Below the pieces are notes generated by a model. The model saw only the letters and a list, made by a program, of their open reading frames with translations, had not been told where the DNA came from and made no database searches. This document shows, one piece after another, positions 18,335 through 27,916 of a DNA stretch of 31,944 nucleotides. The DNA is from a candidate division WOR-3 bacterium (GTDB lineage Bacteria > Hydrothermota > UBA3072 > B12-G15): assembly GCA_965649055.1 (NCBI GenBank), contig CBFGJG010000015.1, forward strand, positions 1 to 31,944, in the 5' to 3' direction. The number at the start of each line of letters is the position of its first letter. The first letter of the stretch is position 1. A program made the translations under genes and the position numbers.

Positions 18335-19776
18335 AACAATAATATTTTTTTTATAACAGTCTCTTTATCTGTTTCTATTCTTATAAAATAAATACCTTTA
18401 TTTTTTATCTCTATTTCTCTTTTGTTTTGCTTTGTGATTATTTTTTCTTCGTATATGATTCTACCAGTTAATTCATATATCTTTATTTTCAAAGGAATAT
18501 TCAGTTCCAGAATTATCTTGCCTTTGAAAATTGAATTGATTTTTTTAAGATTGGATAGTTCTTCAATACCTACATTATGTCCTAAAGGCCTAATAAATGG
18601 GTCTCCAAGTAATGTCATTCCATAATGCCAACATAGTTCGCTAAATGTAACTCCGCCTGATATGATATAATTAAACCAGTCCTTAAAGGCTTCTCCTATC
18701 GTTTTACCATTTGCAAGTGGTTGATAGAAATATTCAAAGTCAAGCATACTACCTGTTTTTGTAGAACCAATAGCACCTATTCCATAAGACTGATTGAAGA
18801 TAGCCCTTCCAGCACCATAACCTGATGATGTATATCTTGCAAAAGAGCATGCAAAGAAATTGTAAAAATTAGATGGAGGATTTTTTGTGGTATAAGAACC
18901 AGAATAAAAATAATCATAAGAACTTCCATTGTTATATTTAAACTGATGACCACCAGGCCATGAATGGGCAAATACAGAAACCCATGCTTGAACTGAATCA
19001 AGTTTTGAACTATATATAGTTCCCCTTGTTGTTTCTGCATCCCAGAAGTTCATTGTATCCGGGTAAAGTAATGAAAGATTTTGAGCCCAGTAAGAAGCCC
19101 ATGGTATCCAGTCATCATCACAGAAGAAGAGAGCCCTTTTTTGTAGGAGTATTGTTCCTTCTCTGAAATTATGGTCTTTTACAAGATAATTTTTTATAAG
19201 CAATGTATCATTACCAATACCTGTTGGGATGAGTCTTCCTACATATATCTCTGCAAACATATCACCTGAATGACCATCATATTTTCCATTTCCGGGGCTC
19301 ATAGTATCAAGCCATACACCATTCAAATCCATATAGAATAAGTCGATAGGGAAATCAGCATAACCATAGGTGTTAAAATCATTTGCAATCTCAAACCATG
19401 CAACAGGAAGATTACCAATAAATAATGCACCTTCAATGTTATAAAGGTTATAAAGGCTGATTAAAGAATCTTTAAGATTTTCAGGTGTTCCACCCGAAAC
19501 AACTATATCGAGAACATTATAGTCTTTCTGTAAATCTGAAATTAACTGATTGAGTTCATTTAATATTGAATTGTAAATACTCTGTTCAGTAATAATTGCA
19601 ACTGTGGGATTATCTTTTGTTAATATTTTTCTTGAAACAAGGAATGAAAAAGGTTTTACGGGATTTTTCATGACCCATTCTTCATAGGATTCAGGTCTTG
19701 AACCTTCCGGACCTGCCCATCTAAGCAAATGAACATCTTCCTGCTGTGAACCGAAAACTAAAAAGATTATTAGCAT
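18331..19776 (-). CDS. Peptidase C25 (gingipain)-like protein with T9SS type-A-like C-terminal sorting domain
   Basis: 'D..Y.DL.G', 'EIYVGR', His (FAHS) and Cys (FACS) dyad, 'TIGEAF', 'LLGDP'; C-terminal 'IYELTGR..GIYFIRI.....KKILL'. Confidence 0.75.
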   Translation of the reverse strand: MLIIFLVFGSQQEDVHLLRWAGPEGSRPESYEEWVMKNPVKPFSFLVSRKILTKDNPTVAIITEQSIYNSILNELNQLISDLQKDYNVLDIVVSGGTPENLKDSLISLYNLYNIEGALFIGNLPVAWFEIANDFNTYGYADFPIDLFYMDLNGVWLDTMSPGNGKYDGHSGDMFAEIYVGRLIPTGIGNDTLLIKNYLVKDHNFREGTILLQKRALFFCDDDWIPWASYWAQNLSLLYPDTMNFWDAETTRGTIYSSKLDSVQAWVSVFAHSWPGGHQFKYNNGSSYDYFYSGSYTTKNPPSNFYNFFACSFARYTSSGYGAGRAIFNQSYGIGAIGSTKTGSMLDFEYFYQPLANGKTIGEAFKDWFNYIISGGVTFSELCWHYGMTLLGDPFIRPLGHNVGIEELSNLKKINSIFKGKIILELNIPLKIKIYELTGRIIYEEKIITKQNKREIEIKNKGIYFIRIETDKETVIKKILLL

Positions 19777-19779
19777 ATA

Positions 19780-21357
19780 TTATTCCTGTTTTGTATAGAA
19801 ATTTACTAACTTTTTATTCTTATTATCCCATTCTATAGAAATATCATCCTCTTTTCCACCATCATCTTTCAGATTTTCACCAACAGAATAAATTCTGCTA
19901 ATATTACCATCTATTTTGTATATAAATTTATCAAGGCTGAAAGGGTCTTCTTTATTCCAGTCTTGTTTCCCATTTTTAAAATCAAAATATGCTTTTAAAA
20001 GGTTTGTTTTAGCCTTTATATTCAAATCTCTATTTATCATTCTTGTTGGGTTAAATAGAAATGCAGTAATTATAAAATATGGCAAATTTGTGTATTTTTT
20101 ATCAGAGTAAATTCTGTCAAACTTCCCGGGATAGTCTTCTTTAATAAAGTATTCTTTAAATTGTTTCCAATCGGCAAATTTCGTCGGATATAGTTCAATA
20201 TTTTTCTTATATATTACAGGTTTGCTTAAATAATAGATAGAATTATAGAATGGAAGAATAGAAACAATCAAGGATAATTGCTCAAAAATTGATAGATCGC
20301 TAAATTCAGATGAATAATAAAGAATTGGTTTTAACATAAATGATTTAAATAAATAGTCCATATATCTGTTTGTATAAAATGCTTCAAAATATATGGGTGA
20401 TACCCATCTTATCTTTCCTTCTTTTATAATCTCTTTTGAAGGAATTATCGTGAGTCTTTTTTCACTTTCATTGTAAATATTTTCAACAAAATCAGATACA
20501 AGTTTATAATTTTTAATTTTGTCCTTTTTCAAAACGTAAATGATAAAATCAAGAACCCTTTCTTTAATATAAATACTGATCATTCCATAGATTAAAAAAG
20601 GTTCATAACTGATTAGATTGCTTATTTTCCATAACTTTTCAATCCTTGATATACTTTTCACTTCATCGGTGTTCAGATTCAGAAATGATTCAAGCATGTT
20701 GGCATTCGTTAGAATCTTAACATTTGAGAAAGAAATGAGAGGTATATTAAGAATTGAATCCTTATAATCACCAATGTATGCAAACTGGAAGTCATCATAA
20801 AAATAAAAACTATCAGTCAAAATGAGAAAGGGATTAATAAATTTTTGTATTTTCTGTTTATTTTTTAAGATAGTATCAGCATAATTGTCAAGATTATCAT
20901 AATAGGAAAAGAAAACTTTAAGAGAATCTTTATTCTCATTTGAAATCTTATCAAGTATAGGTATGAATTTTGCACAATTTTCCTTTTCTTTAACCCTGTA
21001 AAAATCATCATAAGAAGAAAACCCAATATTTGAGAAAAACATTTTCTCGTATTTTAAAGCCCTTTTGTTTTGTATGTATGGGAAGAAAATATCAAATGAA
21101 ATGAGTATAAATAGAGGTAAGATTAAAGAAAAAATCCAGAAAATCCATTTTTTCCAGAGATTTCTTTTAAAACCAATTATGAAAAGAATCAAAGAAGGAA
21201 TATAAAAAATTATAAATAGTAAAAACAGTAAAGTTAAAGGCAAACCAATAAATAAAATGGAAATCAGGCTGACTATTAAAAGGGCAAGAATAGTTAAAGG
21301 TATTGCAAATATCAAAGAAAATAAATACTCTAAAAAGACAATAATGAATTTTTTCAT
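19780..21357 (-). CDS. Membrane-anchored hypothetical protein with GspG-like C-terminal motif
   Basis: 3 N-terminal TMs; 'DPFS...Y....IYSVGENLKDDGGKEDDI'; GGAGG SD. Confidence 0.65.
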   Translation of the reverse strand: MKKFIIVFLEYLFSLIFAIPLTILALLIVSLISILFIGLPLTLLFLLFIIFYIPSLILFIIGFKRNLWKKWIFWIFSLILPLFILISFDIFFPYIQNKRALKYEKMFFSNIGFSSYDDFYRVKEKENCAKFIPILDKISNENKDSLKVFFSYYDNLDNYADTILKNKQKIQKFINPFLILTDSFYFYDDFQFAYIGDYKDSILNIPLISFSNVKILTNANMLESFLNLNTDEVKSISRIEKLWKISNLISYEPFLIYGMISIYIKERVLDFIIYVLKKDKIKNYKLVSDFVENIYNESEKRLTIIPSKEIIKEGKIRWVSPIYFEAFYTNRYMDYLFKSFMLKPILYYSSEFSDLSIFEQLSLIVSILPFYNSIYYLSKPVIYKKNIELYPTKFADWKQFKEYFIKEDYPGKFDRIYSDKKYTNLPYFIITAFLFNPTRMINRDLNIKAKTNLLKAYFDFKNGKQDWNKEDPFSLDKFIYKIDGNISRIYSVGENLKDDGGKEDDISIEWDNKNKKLVNFYTKQE

Positions 21358-21372
21358 GAATTCCTCCGTTTC

Positions 21373-21400
21373 TTTTTATGGTAATATTACTCCATAAAAA
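21373..21400. promoter_or_regulatory. 9-bp inverted repeat overlapping the putative promoter of the 21357-start operon
   Basis: tttttatgg-N10-ccataaaaa; minus-strand TTGACT (21405-21400), 16 nt, TACCAT. Confidence 0.4.
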
Positions 21401-21503
21401 GTCAAGAAAAAATTAGCTCATCTCGAATATTAGGAAATAATAACTTGAATATTATAAAAAATAAGTTATTATAAGAGTATATAAAAATTCACAGGAGGTA
21501 ATT

Positions 21504-22676
21504 ATGATAAAAATGTTTAAGATTATATTTGTATTAATTTTATTTCTTTTTGTTGTAAAATGCAACAAAATAGTTGAAGATTCATCAAGATGGCAAAGGA
21601 CCTTTGGTGGGAGTGAGGATGACTGGGGAAATTCTATAACAATGACTGATGATTTTGGATATGTCTTAACAGGAAAGACCTTTTCTTATGGTGCCGGGAA
21701 TGGTGATGTTTGGCTTATAAAAACAGATTCTATTGGAACAAAGGTATTTTCAAAGGTATTTGGTGGTAATGAGGAGGACTGGGGAAACTGGATAGAAAAG
21801 ACAAATGACAATGGTTTTATTATTGCTGGTGTTACGAAATCTTATGGTAATGGTAGTTACGATGTTTATTTGATTAAGACTGATGGTGAAGGGAATAAGG
21901 TATTTTCAAAGACTTTTGGTGATGTGGAGGAAGATTTAGGTTATTGTGTGAAACAAACGATTGATGGAGGTTATATAGTTGTAGGTGGAACAAAATCCTT
22001 CGGTTCGGGAAGTTATGATGTTTATCTTGTAAAAACTGATGCCAATGGTAATAAAATATGGCAGAAGACATTTGGTGGGAGTTATGAAGATTGGGGATAC
22101 TCAGTTTGTCAATTAAATGATGGCGGATATATTATTTCAGGTTTCACTTCTTCGTTTGGTTCCGGTATGGGAGATGTATGGATAATAAGGACAGATAGCC
22201 TTGGAAATAAGAAATGGGATAAGACATTTGGTGATAACCAGGATGATGGTGGAGTAGATATTAAGGTTACAGCTGATAATGGATTTATTATTGCAGGTGT
22301 TCATGGTTCAAACTCTGGAGATGTGTGGATTATAAAGACTGATAGTCTTGGGAATAAACAATGGGATAAGAAATTTGGTGGAAGTAATCAAGATGGTGCA
22401 ACATCGATTGATATAATAAATAATGAATATATTGTTACAGGCATGACCATGTCTTATGGTTCTGGTAATGGTGATTTATGGCTCATAAAGATAGATTCAA
22501 ATGGTAATAAAATCTGGGATAGGACATTTGGTGGAGGAGAGCAGGATGGTGGAACATCTGTGAAAAAGACAGATGATGGAGGTTTTATAATAACCGGTAT
22601 GACAAAATCTTACGGTGAAGGGAAAAGTGATGTGTGGTTGATAAAGACAGATTCAGAAGGAAAGACTGTAGAATAG
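21504..22676 (+). CDS. Beta-propeller repeat lipoprotein (7 blades of ~50 aa)
   Basis: Repeated W.KTFGG..(D/E)D.G....T.D.G(F/Y)II.G.T.S(Y/F)G.G..DV(W/Y)LIKTD..G; hydrophobic N-terminus ending in Cys; AGGAGG SD. Confidence 0.8.
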   Translation: MIKMFKIIFVLILFLFVVKCNKIVEDSSRWQRTFGGSEDDWGNSITMTDDFGYVLTGKTFSYGAGNGDVWLIKTDSIGTKVFSKVFGGNEEDWGNWIEKTNDNGFIIAGVTKSYGNGSYDVYLIKTDGEGNKVFSKTFGDVEEDLGYCVKQTIDGGYIVVGGTKSFGSGSYDVYLVKTDANGNKIWQKTFGGSYEDWGYSVCQLNDGGYIISGFTSSFGSGMGDVWIIRTDSLGNKKWDKTFGDNQDDGGVDIKVTADNGFIIAGVHGSNSGDVWIIKTDSLGNKQWDKKFGGSNQDGATSIDIINNEYIVTGMTMSYGSGNGDLWLIKIDSNGNKIWDRTFGGGEQDGGTSVKKTDDGGFIITGMTKSYGEGKSDVWLIKTDSEGKTVE

Positions 22677-22715
22677 GGTCAGTCATAAACTTTCAACCTT
22701 TTGCATAAAAAATAA

Positions 22716-23324
22716 TTATTCTGTAATTGAATAATAGATTATATTAACGCCCATCTTAAAGGCTTCTTCCCTTTTTTCTGGAGGGTCTTTATATACATCA
22801 AGGTCATTCCATCCATCTGAAATATTTGAATTGTAAGTATAAAAAACTGCAAGCCTTCCATTTATGAATATTCCGTATCCCTGAGGAGGTCCTTCATAAT
22901 GTTCATGTATCTTTGGAAGTCCTTCAGGAAATTTGTAGAAACAATTGTATATTTTATGTTCCTTTGGTATTGGTATAAGCTGATTTTCAGGTAATACTTT
23001 TGCTAACTCCCTTCTTATATGTTCATCCATGCCATAATCATCATCAACATAAAGAAATCCACCATTCCAGAGATATTTTCTCAGGAATTCCTGTTCATTC
23101 TGTGATAGAAATATATTCTCGTGCCCCGTTATGAATATAAAAGGATAATGAAATAACCTTGGGTCATCGAGTGTAAGGACAATCTCCTGTTTATTTGTCT
23201 TTATCCCTGTCCTTTTTTCAAATTCTGTCATCATATTGGGAATTATTGTTGGATCATTGTACCAATCACCACCATTATATTTTATCCTGACCATCTCAAT
23301 TTGCATAAGAATTAATAATAACAT
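22716..23324 (-). CDS. DUF4159 domain-containing protein
   Basis: 'KYNGGDWY..P', 'YPFIFITGH', 'LR.YL.NGGFL..DD.YG.D', 'GLPKIHEH', 'GW', 'A.KMGVNI..Y'. Confidence 0.8.
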   Translation of the reverse strand: MLLLILMQIEMVRIKYNGGDWYNDPTIIPNMMTEFEKRTGIKTNKQEIVLTLDDPRLFHYPFIFITGHENIFLSQNEQEFLRKYLWNGGFLYVDDDYGMDEHIRRELAKVLPENQLIPIPKEHKIYNCFYKFPEGLPKIHEHYEGPPQGYGIFINGRLAVFYTYNSNISDGWNDLDVYKDPPEKREEAFKMGVNIIYYSITE

Positions 23325-23328
23325 AAGT

Positions 23329-24195
23329 TTATCCCCTTGGATGAAATGATTTGATTGTCTCTTTAAGATATTCCCTGTCTATATGTGTATAAATCTGTGT
23401 AGTTGAAATATCACTATGCCCGAGTAACATCTGGACAACCCTTAAATCCGCACCACCTTCAAGAAGGTGGGTAGCAAAAGAATGTCTGAATGTATGGGGT
23501 GTTATTTTCTTATCTATACCAGCCTTTGTTAAATAAAATTTCAATTTCTTCCAGAATCCCATCCTGCTCAACTTTTTCCCATCTTTTGAAAGGAACAATA
23601 TAGGTGTTTTTACCTTTACAAGAAATGGTCTTGACCTTTCAAGATAGTCAATAACTGCTTTAATACCTTTACTTCCGACCGGCACTATTCTTTCTTTATC
23701 TCCTTTTCCAAGAACTCTTATGAAACCATCTTTTAGAAAAATATCTTCAACCCTTAATGATAAAAGCTCCGATATTCTTAACCCACAACCATAAAGAAGC
23801 TCAATACAGGCTCTATCCCGTATACCAAGTATTGAGTCATCTGTTGCTTCAATAATTTTTTCTATTTCGTAAAGATCAAGGACAACAGGTATCTTTCTTT
23901 CTATCTTCGGTGTTTCAATAAGTTCTGTAGGGTCTTCTTTTATAATACCTTCTGCGGTGAGGAATCTGAAGAATATTCTTAAAGAACTCAGTTTTCTTGC
24001 GAGTGAATTTGATGAAATACCCTGTTTCCTTAATGCATTAAGAAACGAGATTATTTCAGAAGAAGTTGATAAAGTTATATCATTCTTTGTATATGATGAA
24101 AACTGAAGAACATCATTAATATATGCTTCAAGTGTGTTTTTTGAAAGCATCCTTTCAGCGCGAAGATAGTTTTCAAATTCTTCCTTATATTTCAT
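23329..24195 (-). CDS. xerD: Site-specific tyrosine recombinase XerD
   Basis: SKNT.EAY..D, RD.A..ELLY.CGLRISEL, GKG.KER.VP, TPHTFRHSFATHLLEGGADLR.VQ.LLGH..ISTTQIYTH, HPRG end; ATG 24195 preferred over track start 24207. Confidence 0.9.
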   Translation of the reverse strand: MKYKEEFENYLRAERMLSKNTLEAYINDVLQFSSYTKNDITLSTSSEIISFLNALRKQGISSNSLARKLSSLRIFFRFLTAEGIIKEDPTELIETPKIERKIPVVLDLYEIEKIIEATDDSILGIRDRACIELLYGCGLRISELLSLRVEDIFLKDGFIRVLGKGDKERIVPVGSKGIKAVIDYLERSRPFLVKVKTPILFLSKDGKKLSRMGFWKKLKFYLTKAGIDKKITPHTFRHSFATHLLEGGADLRVVQMLLGHSDISTTQIYTHIDREYLKETIKSFHPRG

Positions 24196-25528
24196 ATTCA
24201 ACACCAATCTCAGGTATTATGAATTTTCTATTAGTTCCTTTAAGGTAATCAGAAAAAGGAATTAGTTGTTCATCTTCACCATGAACAAGGAAAATCAACT
24301 TTGGATTTGTAATTTTTACATACTCGATTAAATCATTTCTATCAGCATGTGCACTGAATTCATTCATAACAACCACCTTGCTTTTTACTTTATGTTCCTT
24401 TCCAAAGATATTTACATATTTCTGGCCTTCTACAAGTTTTCTTCCAAGTGTATTTTTTGCCTGGAAACCAACAATTAAAACTATATTATTTTCATCTTCT
24501 ATGTTGTTCTTTAAATGGTGTAATATCCTACCATGTTCACACATACCACTTGCAGAAATTATTATCATGGGACCTCTCATAAAATTCAATTTTTTTGATT
24601 CTTCAACATCGTTAATATAATTTATATTTTTAAACCAGAATAAATCTTCTGAAGTCTCTTGTGCTTCTTTATCAAGATATTTTTTATTTTTTAAAAAAAC
24701 ATCTGTGATGTTAATTGTTAATGGTGAGTCAACATATATTGGGATATCTGGAATTTTATTATCCCTCTTTAATTTATTCACACAATATATTACCTCTTGT
24801 GCCCTCTCAAGTGCAAAAGATGGGATAATTATTTTACTTTTTTTTGAATATGCTTCATTCACTATGTTTATCAATTCATCATAAACAAATTCAAAAGGTT
24901 TGTGTAATTTATTACCATATGTTGTTTCTAAAATCAGTATGTCAATATCTTTTAAAAAGACAGGGTCGTTAATTAAAGGAAGGTCTTTCCTGCCCAAATC
25001 ACCGCTAAAAAGAACATTCTTTCCATTTTCTTCAATCAATATCTGTGAAGAACCGAGAATATGTCCTGCTTCAAAAAATTTTATATTTTCAAATCTTTCT
25101 TCGTATTCAATCCCATTAAGATATTTGAGTGATTCTAACGCATCTTTATAAGTATATAATGGCTCTAATAACGTTTCATTATTCTTTTTCCTTTTTTTAT
25201 TTATATACTCTATATCTCTTTCATGGATGTGCCCTGAGTCTGGGAGTAGAAAATTTAGAAGGTCAACAGTGGGTTTTGTTGTTATTATTTCCTTTTCGAA
25301 ACCATTCTTAATGAGATTTGGTATATTACCTGAATGGTCTATGTGTGCATGGGAAAGAATCATAAAATCAATATCTTTTATATTAAAAGGAATATTTTTA
25401 TTCAAAATTAGTGATTGTTCCCTTTTACCCTGATAAAGACCAAATTCTACAAGAAATCTTGAGGAAGATTCAACTATGAATTTACTACCCGTAACTTCTC
25501 TAACTGCTCCAAGAAATTTAATCTTCAT
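24185..25528 (-). CDS. MBL-fold beta-CASP ribonuclease (YSH1-like)
   Basis: GA.REVTGS, SHAHIDHSG, AGHILGS, FSGDLG, ETTYG, SASGMCE.GRI.HH, FSAHAD, LVHGE. Confidence 0.9.
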   Translation of the reverse strand: MKIKFLGAVREVTGSKFIVESSSRFLVEFGLYQGKREQSLILNKNIPFNIKDIDFMILSHAHIDHSGNIPNLIKNGFEKEIITTKPTVDLLNFLLPDSGHIHERDIEYINKKRKKNNETLLEPLYTYKDALESLKYLNGIEYEERFENIKFFEAGHILGSSQILIEENGKNVLFSGDLGRKDLPLINDPVFLKDIDILILETTYGNKLHKPFEFVYDELINIVNEAYSKKSKIIIPSFALERAQEVIYCVNKLKRDNKIPDIPIYVDSPLTINITDVFLKNKKYLDKEAQETSEDLFWFKNINYINDVEESKKLNFMRGPMIIISASGMCEHGRILHHLKNNIEDENNIVLIVGFQAKNTLGRKLVEGQKYVNIFGKEHKVKSKVVVMNEFSAHADRNDLIEYVKITNPKLIFLVHGEDEQLIPFSDYLKGTNRKFIIPEIGVEYEI

Positions 25529-26103
25529 AGGAATGCCTTTTTTATCTCTTTCAGTCTTCCTTTAGGACCATGACCTGGAAGAACTATGAGATTATCGTCT
25601 ATACTTAAAATCTTTCGTATTGACTTTTCAATCAGTTCTTCAGAACCACCATAAAAATCAGTTCTTCCAATTCCAAACATCATAATTGTATCACCTGTAA
25701 ATATGTAGTCTTTGTAAAGAATACAGATACTTCCTGGTGTATGCCCGGGTGTATGTATAATTTTAAATTCTTCATCTTCAAATATGAATATATCACCATC
25801 TTTTAAAAATATATCACCTTCTGGAGAGGAAATATTCTCGCCGAATAAAATTGAACCGTTTTTTTCAGGCGAAATTAAAAATTCATTGTCGTATAAATGA
25901 ATACATATCTTTGATTGATATTTATCTTTATATTTTTTGTTTCCTTTTATATGGTCAAAATGTCCATGTGTGTTTATAACATATTTAGGAATTTTATCTG
26001 TTTCGACAAATACACCGGGGTCAATAACAAGTGAACCTTCTTCACCTTCGAGAACATATGTATTTGTATTCAAACTCCCTGTTATAAAATTCTTTATTTC
26101 CAT
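25525..26103 (-). CDS. MBL-fold metallohydrolase (glyoxalase II-like)
   Basis: NTHGHFDH, HTPGHTPGS, FTGDT, GRTD, PGHG. Confidence 0.9.
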   Translation of the reverse strand: MEIKNFITGSLNTNTYVLEGEEGSLVIDPGVFVETDKIPKYVINTHGHFDHIKGNKKYKDKYQSKICIHLYDNEFLISPEKNGSILFGENISSPEGDIFLKDGDIFIFEDEEFKIIHTPGHTPGSICILYKDYIFTGDTIMMFGIGRTDFYGGSEELIEKSIRKILSIDDNLIVLPGHGPKGRLKEIKKAFL

Positions 26104-27344
26104 ACAATCCAGAGGAGTAAACTCGAAAAAAATGTTGCGAGGGTTGTAAAAAATAAACCTATAGCAATAAATTGAATAAAAGAAAATTTCTCCCCCTGTT
26201 TTTTTATTATACCAAAGCCTACAATATTTGCAGATGCACCTATTGGTGTTATATTTCCACCAACTGTAGAACCTATTATTATTGCAAAAGGTAAAAGATA
26301 AGGATTAACATTGATTGATTCAGCGAGCTTGATACCTACCGGTATCATTGCTGTAACAAAAGGGACATTATCAATAAAACCTGAAAGAATAACAGATATG
26401 AGTATGAGTGAAATAAAGATTAAAAATATATTACCTTTTAAATACCTTTCAATAGATAAGGCTATCAAATCAACCACACCCGAACTATTAACAACATTTA
26501 TTACAATGAAAACACCCATAAGGATAAGGACTGTATCATAATCAAATTTTTTTATGATTTTTTTCGAATCTCTCATTGAGAATATAAGTAAAAAAATTGA
26601 TATTATAAAACACCCTATTCCTGCGGCAGAACCAAAAATATTTTTGTTCAGGGATGTGATAAGAAGCCATAAGATTGCTAAAATGAATGCAATTATACTT
26701 CTTATAGATGTTATTTTTTCTTCTTTTATCTTTATTATTTTTTTTCTTCTGTATTTGATAAATATCAAATACAAGGATAGTAAACCTCCTATAGCACCCG
26801 TTTGAACAATGAAAAATAGACCTACTCTTCCATTAAGTATGAAAAAATCGAAGAATGTCAGTTTCATATATCCTGCGAGTATCATGCTCGGTGGGTCACC
26901 TATCAAGGTTGCCGTTCCTTCAAGGTTTGACATAAGAATAATACCCATTATGTAGGGAACAGGTGATACTCTTGCCTTTCTCGATATCTCAAGTGCTATA
27001 GGTGCTAATATCAGGACTGTTGCAATATTTTCAAGGAATGTCGAAATAAGACCTGATATTGCTGATAATGCAATGACAGAACCAAGGACAGAATTTGTTC
27101 TGTCAGTAATTTTTTCTGCTATAACAGATGCAATTTTATCTTCAATCATAAACTCCGTTATTATTATAAAGCTTGAGAATATAAGAACGATATTCCAGTC
27201 AATGAATCTAAAAACATCAATAATCTCCAGTTTTCTTAGAATCAAGAAGATTGCGACACCTGACCATATGATTATACTTCTATGTTTGTGGAATATTGCA
27301 AATAGTATGTAAACTGATATAAAAACTATTAATACAGAGACCAT
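26094..27344 (-). CDS. ArsB/NhaD (ion transporter superfamily, P-protein-like) permease
   Basis: S.FLEN..TV, TATLIGDPP, SGFIDNVPF, GGNITPIGASAN; ~11-12 TM. Confidence 0.85.
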   Translation of the reverse strand: MVSVLIVFISVYILFAIFHKHRSIIIWSGVAIFLILRKLEIIDVFRFIDWNIVLIFSSFIIITEFMIEDKIASVIAEKITDRTNSVLGSVIALSAISGLISTFLENIATVLILAPIALEISRKARVSPVPYIMGIILMSNLEGTATLIGDPPSMILAGYMKLTFFDFFILNGRVGLFFIVQTGAIGGLLSLYLIFIKYRRKKIIKIKEEKITSIRSIIAFILAILWLLITSLNKNIFGSAAGIGCFIISIFLLIFSMRDSKKIIKKFDYDTVLILMGVFIVINVVNSSGVVDLIALSIERYLKGNIFLIFISLILISVILSGFIDNVPFVTAMIPVGIKLAESINVNPYLLPFAIIIGSTVGGNITPIGASANIVGFGIIKKQGEKFSFIQFIAIGLFFTTLATFFSSLLLWIVWK

Positions 27345-27916
27345 TCTTTAATATACCAGACTTTTCCATTTTCTTCAAACTTAACCAAACCAATTTCAGG
27401 TGCATAATACTCTTTTGTTTGAATGGTATCAGTATCAAGTATTAAGAATCGTTCGACTTTGTAACAATCTCTGAATTTTTTTTCATTAAATTCTAATTTA
27501 TTTAAATATCTGACCTTTACAAAATTCATGTAATAGTAAAAGATAGTATCCCCGAATGCAATTTTTTCTAAATTTTTCTCAATAATGAAGCTGTCTCCGT
27601 TTACTGGTGGGTTTGGAAGGTAATACTCATAAATCTCGTCAAAGAAGATTTTTTCCCCTAAATAAGTTTTGATGAGTTCCCTTTTTACATGAATTCCATC
27701 ATAATCTTTTTTTAAGAACATACTTTTACTTCCTAAAACTAAATGATAAACGGTATCATAATCTTCAACGTATTCTTCAACGTATGAAAGAAAATCAGAT
27801 TCTCCATCGGTGTATACCCACTGATTACCGTCTTTTAAAGGGAAATAATCCCTGAAAATGTAATTATTGCAACCCGAAAGAAATACCAATATTGACAATA
27901 TCAAAACCAAAATCAT
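27329..27916 (-). CDS. Hypothetical lipoprotein
   Basis: LSGC lipobox; 'DYFPLKDGNQWVY', 'YYAPEIGLVK'; ATG 27916 follows a GAGGT SD (alternative GTG at 27928). Confidence 0.75.
   Translation of the reverse strand: MILVLILSILVFLSGCNNYIFRDYFPLKDGNQWVYTDGESDFLSYVEEYVEDYDTVYHLVLGSKSMFLKKDYDGIHVKRELIKTYLGEKIFFDEIYEYYLPNPPVNGDSFIIEKNLEKIAFGDTIFYYYMNFVKVRYLNKLEFNEKKFRDCYKVERFLILDTDTIQTKEYYAPEIGLVKFEENGKVWYIKEWSLY

Noticed and set aside
21504..22676. CRISPR or non-coding tandem array
   Set aside because: The ~150-nt periodicity reflects degenerate coding beta-propeller blades, with no identical repeats separated by unique spacers.
23329..24195. Phage or island integrase
   Set aside because: It has a typical housekeeping XerD sequence (HPRG end) inside a core operon, and I saw no tRNA 3'-end duplications or att sites.
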